In this document: piece by piece, positions 10,666 through 21,319 of the stretch
Layout of the letters: each line of letters opens with the position of its first letter
Numbering within the stretch: the first letter of the stretch is position 1
NCBI GenBank assembly: GCA_964551605.1
Contig: CAZKCV010000005.1
Coordinates: 7,104-71,103 of the forward strand
DNA from: an uncultured Gammaproteobacteria bacterium
Lineage (GTDB): Bacteria > Patescibacteriota > Microgenomatia > Daviesbacterales > UBA10151
Direction of reading: 5' to 3'
DNA: 64,000 nucleotides
Position numbers and translations under genes: made by a program
The notes under the pieces: model-generated
Database searches by the model: none
What the model was told of the DNA's origin: nothing
What the model saw: only the letters and a program-made list of their open reading frames with translations

Positions 10666-12510
10666 TTATTTTAACACAATTTGTGCCCTAATCCGCCTGA
10701 TTCCCGAGGAGACTGCTTCTTCTTTAGTAATCTTAATTTTACCAATGACTGCGGTACGTTCAACGTGTGGCCCGCCGCAAACTTCCAGAGAATAATAACC
10801 GCCCCGCTCCCGCTGGTCCTTTGCGCTGGAGTCTAAATGATAATCAGGCCCAATTCCGTAAATACTTATTTCCGTACCATATTTTTCGTCAAACAACCCA
10901 ATAGCGCCCATACTTTTGGCCTCAGCCGGACTGACAATTTTCTTGTCTACTTTTAAATCTTCCTCAATTTTTTTATTTACCAAATCTTCAGTTTGTTTAA
11001 TTTCTTCATCTGTCAGTTTTCGACCAAAAGAAAAATCAAACCTGAGTCTCTCAGCAGTTATATTAGATCCCTTCTGAAAAACTTCCGGCCCCAGCACATC
11101 CCGCAGCGCCTGGTGCAGAAGATGGGTCGCTGTATGGTATTTGGTAACTACCTCACTCTGATCAGCCAATCCCCCTTTAAATATTCCCGCAGAAGCAGTC
11201 CGGGAGAGTTCTTTATGTTTTTCAAATTCTGCTTTAAATTGTTCCCTATCAATCTCCTGCCCTTTTTGCCTAAACAACTCTTCCGTCACCTCAAAAGGAA
11301 AACCAAAAGTTTGGTACAAATCAAAAGCTGCTTTACCGTCAATTTTTTCAATTTTGGCAATTTCCTTCAAACCATTATCTAATGTCTTGGAAAACCGATC
11401 CATTTCCCCTTCAATTTCTAATTTAATTTTCTCCTTCAGTGAAATATCTAATAACCCTGTATCTGAATAAGTATCAATTACACTCTCACTTACTTTTGCT
11501 AAATCTTTTAGATCTTTTACAGTAAAACACTCATCGATTTTCAATCTGACTGCTGATCTGCGCAGTAACCTCCTTAGGACATATCCTTGTAGCTTGTTTG
11601 ATGGTGTAACACCGTTAGCCATCAAAAACGTTACTGCTCTTATATGATCTGTAATTATTCTAAAATCATCATTAACTACCGGGTCCTGGTAACTTCGTCC
11701 GGTAATATTTCCAATACTAGCAGTTATTTTCTCAAATAAATCAGATTCAAAGAGATCGGGATTGTTGTTTACGGCAGCAGTAATCCGTTCCAATCCACCT
11801 CCAAAGTCAACATTTTTCTGGGGCAATTCTTCCAATCTTCCATCTGTCTTTTTACGATATTGGATAAAAACTGAATTACCGATTTCTAAGAATCTTCCGC
11901 ATTCACAATTTGGGTGACATTTTTCTCCGTAATTTGAATCATGTTCAACTTGAGTAAATTCAAAAAATATTTCACTGTCCGGCCCACCAATTTCTTCTGT
12001 CGGCATTTTTTCCGGACTCCCCGACCTTGACCACCAATTTTTGTCCACCCCGTAAAAGTGGATATGATCTTCCGACACTCCTAAATCTCTCCAAATCTCA
12101 TATGATTCCACATCCTTCGGCACATCCTCATTTCCTTTAAAAACAGAGACATATAATTTTTCTTTTGGCAGACCTAATTCTTTTATTAAAAACTCCCAAA
12201 TCCAAGGAAGTTGCTCCTTCTTAAAATAATCTCCCAAAGACCAATTACCCAACATTTCAAAAAAAGTGGTATGGCGATTATCACCCACTTCTTCAATGTC
12301 TTCTGCCCGGAAGGAGGGCTGAGAATTTACTAATCTTTTACCGACCGGATGGGATTGACCTAACAAATAGGGAACTAACGGCTGCATACCGGAAGAGGTA
12401 AAAAGGGTAGAAGGATCATTTTCCGGCACCAACTTAGCAGGCGCAATCTCCTTATGCCCTTTATCCACAAAAAATTTAATATATTTTTCCCTAATCTGCT
12501 TGGATGTCAT
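10666..12510 (-). CDS. alaS: Alanine--tRNA ligase (short form, no C-Ala domain)
   Basis: DPSTLFTSSGMQP, HTTFFEMLGNWSLGDYFK, editing motifs HTATH and CGGPH. Confidence 0.97.
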   Translation of the reverse strand: MTSKQIREKYIKFFVDKGHKEIAPAKLVPENDPSTLFTSSGMQPLVPYLLGQSHPVGKRLVNSQPSFRAEDIEEVGDNRHTTFFEMLGNWSLGDYFKKEQLPWIWEFLIKELGLPKEKLYVSVFKGNEDVPKDVESYEIWRDLGVSEDHIHFYGVDKNWWSRSGSPEKMPTEEIGGPDSEIFFEFTQVEHDSNYGEKCHPNCECGRFLEIGNSVFIQYRKKTDGRLEELPQKNVDFGGGLERITAAVNNNPDLFESDLFEKITASIGNITGRSYQDPVVNDDFRIITDHIRAVTFLMANGVTPSNKLQGYVLRRLLRRSAVRLKIDECFTVKDLKDLAKVSESVIDTYSDTGLLDISLKEKIKLEIEGEMDRFSKTLDNGLKEIAKIEKIDGKAAFDLYQTFGFPFEVTEELFRQKGQEIDREQFKAEFEKHKELSRTASAGIFKGGLADQSEVVTKYHTATHLLHQALRDVLGPEVFQKGSNITAERLRFDFSFGRKLTDEEIKQTEDLVNKKIEEDLKVDKKIVSPAEAKSMGAIGLFDEKYGTEISIYGIGPDYHLDSSAKDQRERGGYYSLEVCGGPHVERTAVIGKIKITKEEAVSSGIRRIRAQIVLK

Positions 12511-12560
12511 GAAGCCATTTTAACACTTATCGCCCTCTGAACGAAATTCAATATCATACC

Positions 12561-12596
12561 CTACAAAACATGCAACGATCGTGGAATTTTTTGTAG
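12561..12596. repeat. Imperfect palindrome CTACAAAA-N6-ACGATCGT-N6-TTTTGTAG
   Basis: Read directly; second ACGATCGT at 12618-12625. Confidence 0.7.
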
Positions 12597-12651
12597 TCGT
12601 AACACTAACGAAATGCTACGATCGTTTTGGAAACTCGTTTGAAAGCGAAGC

Positions 12652-12942
12652 TTACAAACTGCGTTTATAGAAGCGTTTGGGTTTTGGCTTAATTATTTTA
12701 CGGAGTATATTAGCTGCTCCGGCCGCTACTCCGGTTTCAGCAACAGTAACTAACTTACTGGCTACTGCCACCGGCTTCTCAATATCTTCGGCTATATTTT
12801 CCCCCATCTGCAAAATAGTATTAAACTTATCCAAAGCTTTTTTTAAATCCCGCAAGATAAAGAATACTTGAATTCCGGTGATGGCCAAAAAAATGGAGAG
12901 AAGAAGTATTAAGAATATTAGAGCTATTTGTAAAAAGTCCAT
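12652..12942 (-). CDS. Small membrane protein (TM plus coiled coil, DUF948-like)
   Basis: Long N-terminal hydrophobic helix, amphipathic middle, basic tail. Confidence 0.75.
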   Translation of the reverse strand: MDFLQIALIFLILLLSIFLAITGIQVFFILRDLKKALDKFNTILQMGENIAEDIEKPVAVASKLVTVAETGVAAGAANILRKIIKPKPKRFYKRSL

Positions 12943-12975
12943 GGGTTCTCAATATATCATAGCGCCATCACTCTG

Positions 12976-13635
12976 TCATTTCTGCCTTAAAAAAACTGTT
13001 CTTTCAACTTTAGTCACCTGGCCGCTTTTTGAAACTGCAGTTATCTCAATGGTATTAATATCGTCAGACAATTTAATTTCCTGGGAAAACTTACCGGAAG
13101 GGTCTACCCCGATTTCCTGATTGTTAATGCTTAACTTTGCTTCAGGATCAGTCCTACCTTCAACAGAAACTACCGGGGAACTGGTACTAAACTGGTTAAC
13201 CGGTTCTTTTACCTCTAAGAACGGACCACCTACTAAAAACCTGTATTCAAACCAGAGGTAAACAAAAAAGCTTATGATTAAAATAAGAATAACTCCTCCC
13301 AAAGCCCTTGAGGGGGTTAACCTGAATTTTTTTTTATCAACCGGATTGCTGAAAGTTTCCAAAACCCTGGGCGGGTGCTTGCCTTCAGAAAATTCCCGCC
13401 TAAATATCGCCAAAAGCTTCTCAGTATCTAATTTTAAGAATCTGCCGTAATTTTTAATAAATCCCTGAATAAAGGTAGGCGGAGGCAGCTTAGCATATTG
13501 CCCTGCTTCCAATGCTTCTAAAAGTTCTTTTCTGATTTTGGTAGCCTTTTCGATTTCCTCTAAAGATAAAAGCCTTTTTTCCCTTTCTTCTTTCAGGATC
13601 TGTCCGACCGTCCGCATATTAAGGAATTTTACCAA
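12976..13635 (-). CDS. RodZ-like HTH membrane protein with Ig-like C-terminal domain (true start may be Met7, 13617)
   Basis: GQILKEERE..SLEEIEKATKIR..LEALE..GFIKNYGRFL HTH; TM; beta-rich C-terminus. Confidence 0.85.
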   Translation of the reverse strand: MVKFLNMRTVGQILKEEREKRLLSLEEIEKATKIRKELLEALEAGQYAKLPPPTFIQGFIKNYGRFLKLDTEKLLAIFRREFSEGKHPPRVLETFSNPVDKKKFRLTPSRALGGVILILIISFFVYLWFEYRFLVGGPFLEVKEPVNQFSTSSPVVSVEGRTDPEAKLSINNQEIGVDPSGKFSQEIKLSDDINTIEITAVSKSGQVTKVERTVFLRQK

Positions 13636-13680
13636 AATGCCCAGTTGACATAAAGGAGCTAACTTCTTAAGATACAGCTA

Positions 13681-14265
13681 ATGTCCGGTCAACCTCTACA
13701 AACAGATACCTCTCTTCCGCCTCCCAGTGGCGATACCGAGAAGGCAGATAAATACCTTGCGCAACTTATTGAATTAATTAATGAAGATAAACTAATAGTT
13801 TCTCACACTGACCTTTCTAAATTCGACCCCACCTCGCTACAGGATCACTACCGGCTGGACTTAAAAGACTACGAGGTAGAAGTAAGTCATAATAAACAGG
13901 CAAATACCGGCAAGGATTCGTACATTATTTTATTTAATAACTTAAAATCCCTAAATGAAAAGTGCACGGAAAAAGTCATCTTAGCCTACCTTTATCTAAC
14001 AGCTGATCAATTTGCCAAATTTAAGACTATTGCGGATGATCAGATTGAAAGGAAAAGAAAAGAAGCGGAAGAAAAAAGATTCAAAGAAGCCATGGCTCCT
14101 GTTGACCAGGCCCTTGAACAACTAACCGCTTCCAGCCCGGCTGTAACCATAGAGGAAGATACTGACAACCTGGCAGAAACACCAAGCCCAAATGAGCAAC
14201 AAACTCCCCTTAATTCTCAAGTAGCTCCGCTTGATGATACTCCGTCTGCTTTCGCTGTCTCTTAA
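13681..14265 (+). CDS. Hypothetical protein
   Basis: 194-aa ORF preceded by TTGACA and a TAAGAT-like -10. Confidence 0.75.
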   Translation: MSGQPLQTDTSLPPPSGDTEKADKYLAQLIELINEDKLIVSHTDLSKFDPTSLQDHYRLDLKDYEVEVSHNKQANTGKDSYIILFNNLKSLNEKCTEKVILAYLYLTADQFAKFKTIADDQIERKRKEAEEKRFKEAMAPVDQALEQLTASSPAVTIEEDTDNLAETPSPNEQQTPLNSQVAPLDDTPSAFAVS

Positions 14266-14270
14266 CCATT

Positions 14271-14834
14271 TCAAGAGACTGAAAAACTACCCTGGCGCAG
14301 CACTATTCTTGAACCGTCCTCATACAACCGGATAATGGTTGAGGGTTTTGATTTTAACTTCCCCCCATCTTCATAAAAGCTGACCTGGCTACCAAAGTAT
14401 TTTTTAGCTTCTGCTAGGGCTTCTGCTGGTTTACTTCCTGCCGGATTAGCAGATGGGGCCACCACAGGGCCTACTTCCTTAAGCAGTTCCAATAATTTTT
14501 CATCTTGCGGCATTCGAAATGCCAAAGAGTTTTTACCTCTGTGAAGATATTTAAATTTCTCATTATTTACTGCTAAAATAACACTTAAGGGATTCGGCCA
14601 ATTTTTTTCTAGAAATTCCTTTTGTTCTTTGGTTAAGGAAACTTCGAACCTTTCCAGGTCATCGACAGAGGATATCAAAATAATAAAGGGCTTACCTTTT
14701 TCCCTTTTCCGCAAAGCATAGATTTCTTCCACAGTTTCCGGGTTTAAGGCAGATCCGACAATGCCGTAGATAGTATCCGTCGGCATCACCCCGATTTTAC
14801 CAGCCTTTAATAATTGAATGACTTGGTTTTCCAC
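14271..14834 (-). CDS. tsaC: Threonylcarbamoyl-AMP synthase (TsaC/Sua5/YrdC)
   Basis: PTDTIYG, KR..KP, AFRMP, PSANP, PSTII motifs. Confidence 0.93.
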   Translation of the reverse strand: MENQVIQLLKAGKIGVMPTDTIYGIVGSALNPETVEEIYALRKREKGKPFIILISSVDDLERFEVSLTKEQKEFLEKNWPNPLSVILAVNNEKFKYLHRGKNSLAFRMPQDEKLLELLKEVGPVVAPSANPAGSKPAEALAEAKKYFGSQVSFYEDGGKLKSKPSTIIRLYEDGSRIVLRQGSFSVS

Positions 14835-14861
14835 CTGCCCATTGTACCATGCCTATCTCTG

Positions 14862-14939
14862 CTTCCACCTCGGAGGTGGAAGTGTAGCTACACCTCGGTA
14901 TGTCCACCCTTGAGGTGGATTCATATTGACACCTGCGGA
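14862..14939. repeat. Intergenic palindromic element, copy 1 (CTTCCACCTCGGAGGTGGAAG...)
   Basis: 40 nt (14862-14901) identical to 25424-25463; both end in TATTGACA(C/G)CTGCGGA. Confidence 0.9.
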
Positions 14940-15024
14940 TATGGAAATACTGTTGAGTCTATATCCATTATCTTCACGGCCGTGAACATTTTGTCAGAAT
15001 TATAACTTGCTACGTTGGAAAATA

Positions 15025-15618
15025 CTACCTAACTCTGCAAAGCACAAACTCACCAAGTCTGATTTGCTTAAGGATGCCTCCAATCTTTTCGTAATCACCC
15101 ACTTCAAGAGCCATTGGTTTTGTTGATGCCTCTTCGCTTGGCATAAAATTTAGTCTTGGATAACAATACACACCTGTCCTGATTTTCTCTGCTTCATCGT
15201 CATCAAGAATATCATACTTGATTATCTGCCCGACCTTCATCGCTTGACCATATTCATTAAAAAAGTATTTCTCCTCTATCACATAGACATCACCATTAGA
15301 AGCGATGAATTCAACAGGTAAAACTCCCAATGGGGTAATTACTTGTCTCCCGCTTGCACCGTTTGAGTGATCAAAATTTCCTATCGCAAAAGCAGGTAAC
15401 CTCAAAATATCAGTTATACCTGGGTAATCATCACTGGGTTCATCTATGAGAAGTCTTATGTCCACATTCTCATGATATGGACCAGAAACACGTTTAAACA
15501 CAACTGTATCAATAACATCAGACCTTCCTTTTGCTGCTTCTTGAAAGACTAAGTGAATCTGTTTTGCCAAATCACTATTTTCTTTCACAAATCTATCAAA
15601 TCCAACTTCTTTTTCCAT
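15025..15618 (-). CDS. Hypothetical protein
   Basis: 197-aa ORF 2 nt downstream of the ftsK stop; no motif recognised. Confidence 0.7.
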   Translation of the reverse strand: MEKEVGFDRFVKENSDLAKQIHLVFQEAAKGRSDVIDTVVFKRVSGPYHENVDIRLLIDEPSDDYPGITDILRLPAFAIGNFDHSNGASGRQVITPLGVLPVEFIASNGDVYVIEEKYFFNEYGQAMKVGQIIKYDILDDDEAEKIRTGVYCYPRLNFMPSEEASTKPMALEVGDYEKIGGILKQIRLGEFVLCRVR

Positions 15619-15620
15619 AC

Positions 15621-17717
15621 CTATTCACCATCTGAACCACTATTTTGGCTAGCAAAATAGTCATCGGCATTTCTGACTAATACATCCCGGGGTTTGGAAC
15701 CGTCTCCCGGGCCGATGATACCGGCCATTTCCAGCTCATCAATAATCCTGGCTGCCCTGGCATAACCCACCTTTAATCTTCTTTGGAGAAGTGATGCCGA
15801 AGCACGGTCATATTGACAAACAGTCCTGACTGCTTCCTCAAACAAATCATCCCGCTCCCCCGAATCCCTTCCTCCTAATCTGCCCAGTGGCATCTCCGTC
15901 ACCTCAGCCGTATATTGCGGAGCAATGCCGGTATCTTTTAAGTATTTTATAAGATTATTAATCTCGCTATCCTGTACAAACACTCCCTGAATACGCATCG
16001 GTTTGGAAGCATCTGGCGGCAAAAATAACATGTCTCCCCGACCCAATAGCTTTTCTGCTCCCGGCCCATCTAAGATCACTCTGGAATCAATCATGGAAGA
16101 AACATTAAAGGCAATCCTACAGGGGATATTAGCTTTAATTAAACCGGTAATCACATCTACTGATGGCCGCTGAGTTGCCACCACTAAATGAAGTCCTGTT
16201 GCCCGGGCTAACTGGGCAATTCTGGTAATGGCATCTTCTATTTCCACCGGCGCAAACATCATCAAATCTGCCAGTTCATCTATCACAATCACAATATAAG
16301 GTAGGGCCTGAAAACCTGACATCTCATTGTAACCGGTGATATTTCTTACTCCTACTGACTGGAATAACTTATAACGCCTGTCCATTTCTGCCATCGCCCA
16401 TTTCAGTGAAGATAAAATCTTTTCCGGTTCGGTAATTACAGGTGTCAATAGGTGGGGGATACCATTATAGTTAGTTAACTCCACTCTTTTCGGGTCGATT
16501 AAAATTAATTTAAGCTCATCAGGGGAGTTACGGAAAAGCAAAGATGTAATAAAAGCATTAAGCATGATGGATTTTCCGGAACCGGTAGTTCCGGCAATTA
16601 AACAATGCGGCATTTTATCAAGATCTACCACCATAGGCTTAGAGGAGGTATCCCGGCCCAAAGCCACCGCCAGTTTTGACTTATGCTTCTGTATCTCTTC
16701 AGATGCCAGAACCTGCTTCAGTCCCACAATTTCCAAAGACCGGTTTGGCACTTCAATACCCACCAAAGATTTGCCGGGGATAGGCGCCTCAATCCTGACA
16801 GTTCCGGTAGGAGTAGCTAAAGCTAAAGCAATATCATGTTGTAAATTGGCAATTTTGGAAATCTTAGTACCGGCGGAAATCCGCAGGGCATATTGGGTAA
16901 CTGCCGGGCCGCCGTTTACCTCTGCCACACCGGCCTGAATACCAAACGAATCCAGTGTTTTTTCAATAATATCGGCATTCTTTTTGACATCACCCCGCTC
17001 TGCAGCAGCACCGACTTTATCAGATAATAAATTAGCCGGCGGATATTTCCAAACTTTACTTTGCCCGGCTACGTTTTGCACTAACACATCAGCAATGACC
17101 GGTTCTTTATGCTGCTGCGGCTGGGCCTTGGAGGCCGGCCTATCATCAACTCCAGAAACTTTAATCGGAATATGCTTTGCCTCAAAAGTTCGCTGCCTGT
17201 TGAAAAGCGGCCTAAGCAATTTCTGCAATAAACTAAATAACCCTACAAAGATACTAAAAATCTGCTGCAGTGAGGTATTAAAAAGTACCACCAACCCTAC
17301 TAAAAAGATCAACAACAGTAAAGCCATTGCACCTAAAGGAGTAACAAATGAGGCTAACTGCACCCATAAAGTTTGTCCAATCAGCCCGCCATTTTCCAGC
17401 TTAACGGCGGCTATTAAAGAAGCAGCAGCCAGCACCAATAAAATAAATCCCAGCAAGACATTTGTTTGGGCAACTCTCCATTTAGCCTTGGTCAAAACCA
17501 TTCCGGACAAGAAAAATATTACCGGCGAAGCAAATCGCATAACCCCTAAATAATTGCCCAATAAATCTCTCCAAAAAGACAAGGTCGGAGAAGAGGTAGA
17601 GATGGCTACGGCAGATAAAACAGCTAGGATAAAAGCAACTAATGTACCAACAGCGGTAATGGTTTTGGACTTTAGCTTAAATTTAGGTAACTTATAAATA
17701 GATCTTCTTCTAGCCAT
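15621..17717 (-). CDS. ftsK: DNA translocase FtsK/SpoIIIE
   Basis: N-terminal TMs; AGTTGSGKS, IDELADLM, ATQRPSVDV; gamma domain SASLLQRRLKVGYARAAR. Confidence 0.98.
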   Translation of the reverse strand: MARRRSIYKLPKFKLKSKTITAVGTLVAFILAVLSAVAISTSSPTLSFWRDLLGNYLGVMRFASPVIFFLSGMVLTKAKWRVAQTNVLLGFILLVLAAASLIAAVKLENGGLIGQTLWVQLASFVTPLGAMALLLLIFLVGLVVLFNTSLQQIFSIFVGLFSLLQKLLRPLFNRQRTFEAKHIPIKVSGVDDRPASKAQPQQHKEPVIADVLVQNVAGQSKVWKYPPANLLSDKVGAAAERGDVKKNADIIEKTLDSFGIQAGVAEVNGGPAVTQYALRISAGTKISKIANLQHDIALALATPTGTVRIEAPIPGKSLVGIEVPNRSLEIVGLKQVLASEEIQKHKSKLAVALGRDTSSKPMVVDLDKMPHCLIAGTTGSGKSIMLNAFITSLLFRNSPDELKLILIDPKRVELTNYNGIPHLLTPVITEPEKILSSLKWAMAEMDRRYKLFQSVGVRNITGYNEMSGFQALPYIVIVIDELADLMMFAPVEIEDAITRIAQLARATGLHLVVATQRPSVDVITGLIKANIPCRIAFNVSSMIDSRVILDGPGAEKLLGRGDMLFLPPDASKPMRIQGVFVQDSEINNLIKYLKDTGIAPQYTAEVTEMPLGRLGGRDSGERDDLFEEAVRTVCQYDRASASLLQRRLKVGYARAARIIDELEMAGIIGPGDGSKPRDVLVRNADDYFASQNSGSDGE

Positions 17718-17750
17718 AACTTAATTATACCATATTGCACTATGGGTTAC

Positions 17751-19445
17751 TTAAACCTCTACCACTACTGATAAGATTAGCGGTCGACGTTCCGTGACCC
17801 GATAAAAAAATTTATCTAAGGAGTCTTCAATAATCCTTCTGATAAAGCGCCAGTCAGAAGCTTTATGGGTATGTTGTTGTAAAGCTTCTTTCACTACCGC
17901 CTTGGCCTCGGTTAAAAGCTCTTTTGCCATTTCTTCAAATACAAACCCCCGGGAAATAATATCCACCTCAGAAACCAGCTGCCGCGTCTGTTGGTCTACT
18001 GACACTACCACCACCACTACCCCTTCCTCACTCATTTTTTGCCTGTCCCGCAGCACCACATGTCCGATATCACCAATCCCCAACCCATCCACATAGACAT
18101 TTTGCACATCAACTCTACCGGCAAGTTTTATGTCTTCACCTTTGATCTCTAAAATATCTCCGTCTTCTATCTGCAGAACCTGCTTTTTATCATAACCCAT
18201 ATCTACAGCCATTTTTGAGAACGCCTCCATGTGCCTGAAAGTTCCCCCGATGGGAAACAAGGATTTGGGTTTTATTAAATTAACCATTAATCGAAGTTCC
18301 TCCAGTGCGGCGTGGCCGGAGACATGCAAATCAGAAGCCACCGCTGAATAGTAGACATTAAGTCCCAATCTTGACAGTGAATCAATTAAAGCGCTCTGGG
18401 CAGATTCGGTCGACGGGATGGGATCAGCGGAAAACACCACGCTATCCCCTTCTTTTAGTTTAACCTGCTTGTGTTCTTCGTTAGCTGCCCTCGATAATGA
18501 TGAGTCAGATTGACCCTGGGCACCGGCGATTAAAATTAAGAGCTTCTGGGGCGGGAATGTTTGAATTGCCTCAGGCGCAACTATAATTCCGGGCGGGACT
18601 GACAGATAGCCTAAATCCCTGGCCACCTGGAAGTTATTTTCAAAAGACCGACCCACTATTGTCACTTTCCTGCCTTGTCCGGCAGCCACATTAATTGCCT
18701 GTTGCATCCGGGAGACATTCGATGAAGTCATAGTAATCAATAGTTTCCCCGAAGTTTCCTGGGCGGCTTTTTCAAAAGAGTCCTCAATAGATTTTTCTGA
18801 TTTATTAAAACCGGGTTTATCCACCCGCAAACAATCAATTAATAACAACCGCACCCCTTCACTGCCCAAACTTGCTGCTGCACCAACATCAGTCACCTGG
18901 CCGGAGACCGGCGTCCAGTCAATCTTAAAATCAGCCTGGTGAATGACAGTTCCCTGAGGTGTTTTTATCACTATGCCGGTCGAATCAGGCACTGAATGGG
19001 AAACCTGGTAAAAGGAAATCTTAAAGCAACCCAAATCTAACTTCTGATCAATTTTAGTTTCAATGATTTTATCTTTAGGCAGGTTATGCTCAGTAAATTT
19101 TGCCCGGATAAAACCGGCTGTCAGTCTTTGGGTATAAATCGGAGCCTGGATCTCCGGCCAGATATAGGGGAGACTGCCGATGTGATCCTCATGACCGTGA
19201 GTGATAATAATACCTCTGATTTTATTGATTTTATCCCGCAGGTAGGTGATGTCAGGAATCACCAAATCCACTCCTGGCATCGCCTCATCCGGAAAGCCAA
19301 CTCCGCAATCAATAATAATAATGTCATTGCCGCACTCATAAACATACATGTTCTTAGTCACATCACCAACGCCGCCTAAGGGAATAATCCTGAGCGGTTG
19401 ATTTTTATTCAGTTGCGGTATAAATCTTGGCTTAAACGATTTCAT
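17751..19445 (-). CDS. rnj: Ribonuclease J
   Basis: PLGG, THGHEDHIG, HSVPD, HVSGHA motifs. Confidence 0.96.
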   Translation of the reverse strand: MKSFKPRFIPQLNKNQPLRIIPLGGVGDVTKNMYVYECGNDIIIIDCGVGFPDEAMPGVDLVIPDITYLRDKINKIRGIIITHGHEDHIGSLPYIWPEIQAPIYTQRLTAGFIRAKFTEHNLPKDKIIETKIDQKLDLGCFKISFYQVSHSVPDSTGIVIKTPQGTVIHQADFKIDWTPVSGQVTDVGAAASLGSEGVRLLLIDCLRVDKPGFNKSEKSIEDSFEKAAQETSGKLLITMTSSNVSRMQQAINVAAGQGRKVTIVGRSFENNFQVARDLGYLSVPPGIIVAPEAIQTFPPQKLLILIAGAQGQSDSSLSRAANEEHKQVKLKEGDSVVFSADPIPSTESAQSALIDSLSRLGLNVYYSAVASDLHVSGHAALEELRLMVNLIKPKSLFPIGGTFRHMEAFSKMAVDMGYDKKQVLQIEDGDILEIKGEDIKLAGRVDVQNVYVDGLGIGDIGHVVLRDRQKMSEEGVVVVVVSVDQQTRQLVSEVDIISRGFVFEEMAKELLTEAKAVVKEALQQHTHKASDWRFIRRIIEDSLDKFFYRVTERRPLILSVVVEV

Positions 19446-19527
19446 AACTTCTTTGTATCATGTATCAGGTATTATGTATAAAGGTTAATGCTACTTTCCC
19501 ACTATACTCTATACACTATACTTGATA

Positions 19528-20550
19528 CTAACTCTGCAAATACTCCCCCAAATTCTCATTAGTCACCTTAAACGGCCCCACCTCCCCTTCTACTTTTTTC
19601 CTGGCTACTTTGCGGCAAATTGCCTGTAAAGACCGAGAGAGAGACCTAATTCCTGAGTCAAAACCTAAAGGCCGAAGGATGGATGGCCAGGTAGCTTCAT
19701 CAATTACTAGCAAACCCTGATCGATCCCCGATTCTTTAATAGCCTTAGGCAACAGGTAATTTTTCCCAATCATTAACTTTTCTTCATCAGAATAAGACGG
19801 CATAAGAATTGGTTCTAACCTATCTAATACGGCAGTGGCAATATTGCCGGTATTGTTGGCTGTAGCAATAAAAAGCACCTGAGATAAATCATAAGGAAAA
19901 TCCAAATAATGATCCAGAAATGCCTGATTTTGGGCCGGATCCAAAAGCTCTACCAATACCCCCATAATATCTACCCGCTGTTCAACAGCCACCCGATCTA
20001 TTTCATCTAAAAGTATCACCGGATTTGATACCTGAGCAGACTTAATGGCTTTCATAATTTGTCCCGGTTCAGCGTCCGGGCGGATGCGCGAGGTGCCCCT
20101 TAAGCTGGCCGGGTCTCCCAAACCGCCAAACGGAATCCTGATTAAGGGTCGTCCTAAACTCTCTGCAATAGAATAAGCCAGGGAAGTTTTGCCGGTACCG
20201 ACTAAACCGATAAATGCCAAAATCGGGGCATGAAAATCATTTTCCTGACCGGAGCTTTTATGCAGGATCAGTACTGACAAATATTCTAATATCCGGTCTT
20301 TCACTGATTGCAAACCGTAATGGTTTTTATCCAAAATCTGTTTGGCCCGGTTAATATCTAAAATGTCTTGTGAATTTTTTCCAAAAGGCAAAGAAATTAC
20401 AAAATTAATATAAGAAGTTAAACCAGCCAACTCTAGTCCTGATCCGCTAAATTGCAAATAATTAAGCAGCTTTTCCTCAATTTCTTTAGGAAGACCAACT
20501 TGGGTAATCTTTATCTTTAACTGTTCAATCGTACTATGGGCAGAATCCAT
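19528..20550 (-). CDS. Lon-family AAA+ ATPase module without N-domain or protease domain
   Basis: LDKNHYGL..VKDRILEYL, G..GTGKTS, NPVILLDEID, FLDHYL; ORF ends before the Ser-Lys protease domain. Confidence 0.85.
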   Translation of the reverse strand: MDSAHSTIEQLKIKITQVGLPKEIEEKLLNYLQFSGSGLELAGLTSYINFVISLPFGKNSQDILDINRAKQILDKNHYGLQSVKDRILEYLSVLILHKSSGQENDFHAPILAFIGLVGTGKTSLAYSIAESLGRPLIRIPFGGLGDPASLRGTSRIRPDAEPGQIMKAIKSAQVSNPVILLDEIDRVAVEQRVDIMGVLVELLDPAQNQAFLDHYLDFPYDLSQVLFIATANNTGNIATAVLDRLEPILMPSYSDEEKLMIGKNYLLPKAIKESGIDQGLLVIDEATWPSILRPLGFDSGIRSLSRSLQAICRKVARKKVEGEVGPFKVTNENLGEYLQS

Positions 20551-20615
20551 TTCATGCTATATTTTACCCTAATTGTCATTCCTGCGAAAGCAGGAATCTA
20601 TACAAATAATAATTA

Positions 20616-21197
20616 TTACTGGGTAAATTTAAAGGTGGAAAGAATTTTCTCAGTGTATGACTCTGCTGCTTTTAAACCTCCCACTATGGTCAGTTGACTC
20701 TTTCCTGAAACTTTAACAATAATTAAGCCAAAAGAGGTCTTTAGTGTTGGCTTATCTGCAATTGTGGTAAAACTGGCATCAGGATAATAATTGTTTTTAA
20801 GGAGCTGTAGGGAGCGATCATCGTCAGTTATATCCACAGTAAAAACTTCATTTCCTTTATGGTCCCCATAACCATGGTCTGCTTTAGTGCCATTTAGAAA
20901 GAAGCTTACCTCATGTGCTTCATATCCCGGGACAGGTTCATAATACCAATCAGCAGGGTATTTAAAACTAAATTCGTTATTTTTAGCTGTATATATTTTC
21001 CAGTTAGCAGTTTCATCAACAATAGGCATAGGTTCAACTACGCTTTGCAAAGAATCATTTTTGGGAATTGTTTGCGTACGAATACTCAAACCCCTGAATT
21101 TACCAAAAAAATAGACACCAATAATGACTAACAATAAAACCAATACACCCACTAAAAAGAAGGTTGAAACCGAGCCTTTTTGCATTAAATTGATCAT
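20616..21197 (-). CDS. Membrane-anchored/secreted PsbP-like domain protein (QKGS head)
   Basis: MQKGS plus hydrophobic helix; WKIY..FSFKYPADW; ends ILSTFKF. Confidence 0.75.
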   Translation of the reverse strand: MINLMQKGSVSTFFLVGVLVLLLVIIGVYFFGKFRGLSIRTQTIPKNDSLQSVVEPMPIVDETANWKIYTAKNNEFSFKYPADWYYEPVPGYEAHEVSFFLNGTKADHGYGDHKGNEVFTVDITDDDRSLQLLKNNYYPDASFTTIADKPTLKTSFGLIIVKVSGKSQLTIVGGLKAAESYTEKILSTFKFTQ

Positions 21198-21211
21198 AGC
21201 ATAACTATTGA

Positions 21212-21249
21212 AATAACATTAATGAAACGATCGTTCAACTAATGTTATT
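21212..21249. repeat. 38-bp imperfect palindrome centred on ACGATCGT
   Basis: AATAACATTA-atga-AACGATCGTT-caac-TAATGTTATT; 16 of 19 positions pair. Confidence 0.75.
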
Positions 21250-21319
21250 AAAAATGTATATTTCTATAAGAGTATGTTCTCGACTACGCTCGAAGAATAA
21301 TTAAGAATAAGAAGAAGAT

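Noticed and set aside
14862-14939. Palindromic repeats as a CRISPR array
   Set aside because: Copies are dispersed kilobases apart with no spacer periodicity and no cas genes
15001-15024. Possible orphan ftsK tail after the 15025 gene
   Set aside because: Only about 6 nt / 2 codons match; not distinguishable from chance
21212-21249. AAC...GTT palindrome as an integron attC site
   Set aside because: Only 38 bp, shorter than attC sites; no R/L box pattern; no integron integrase in the window
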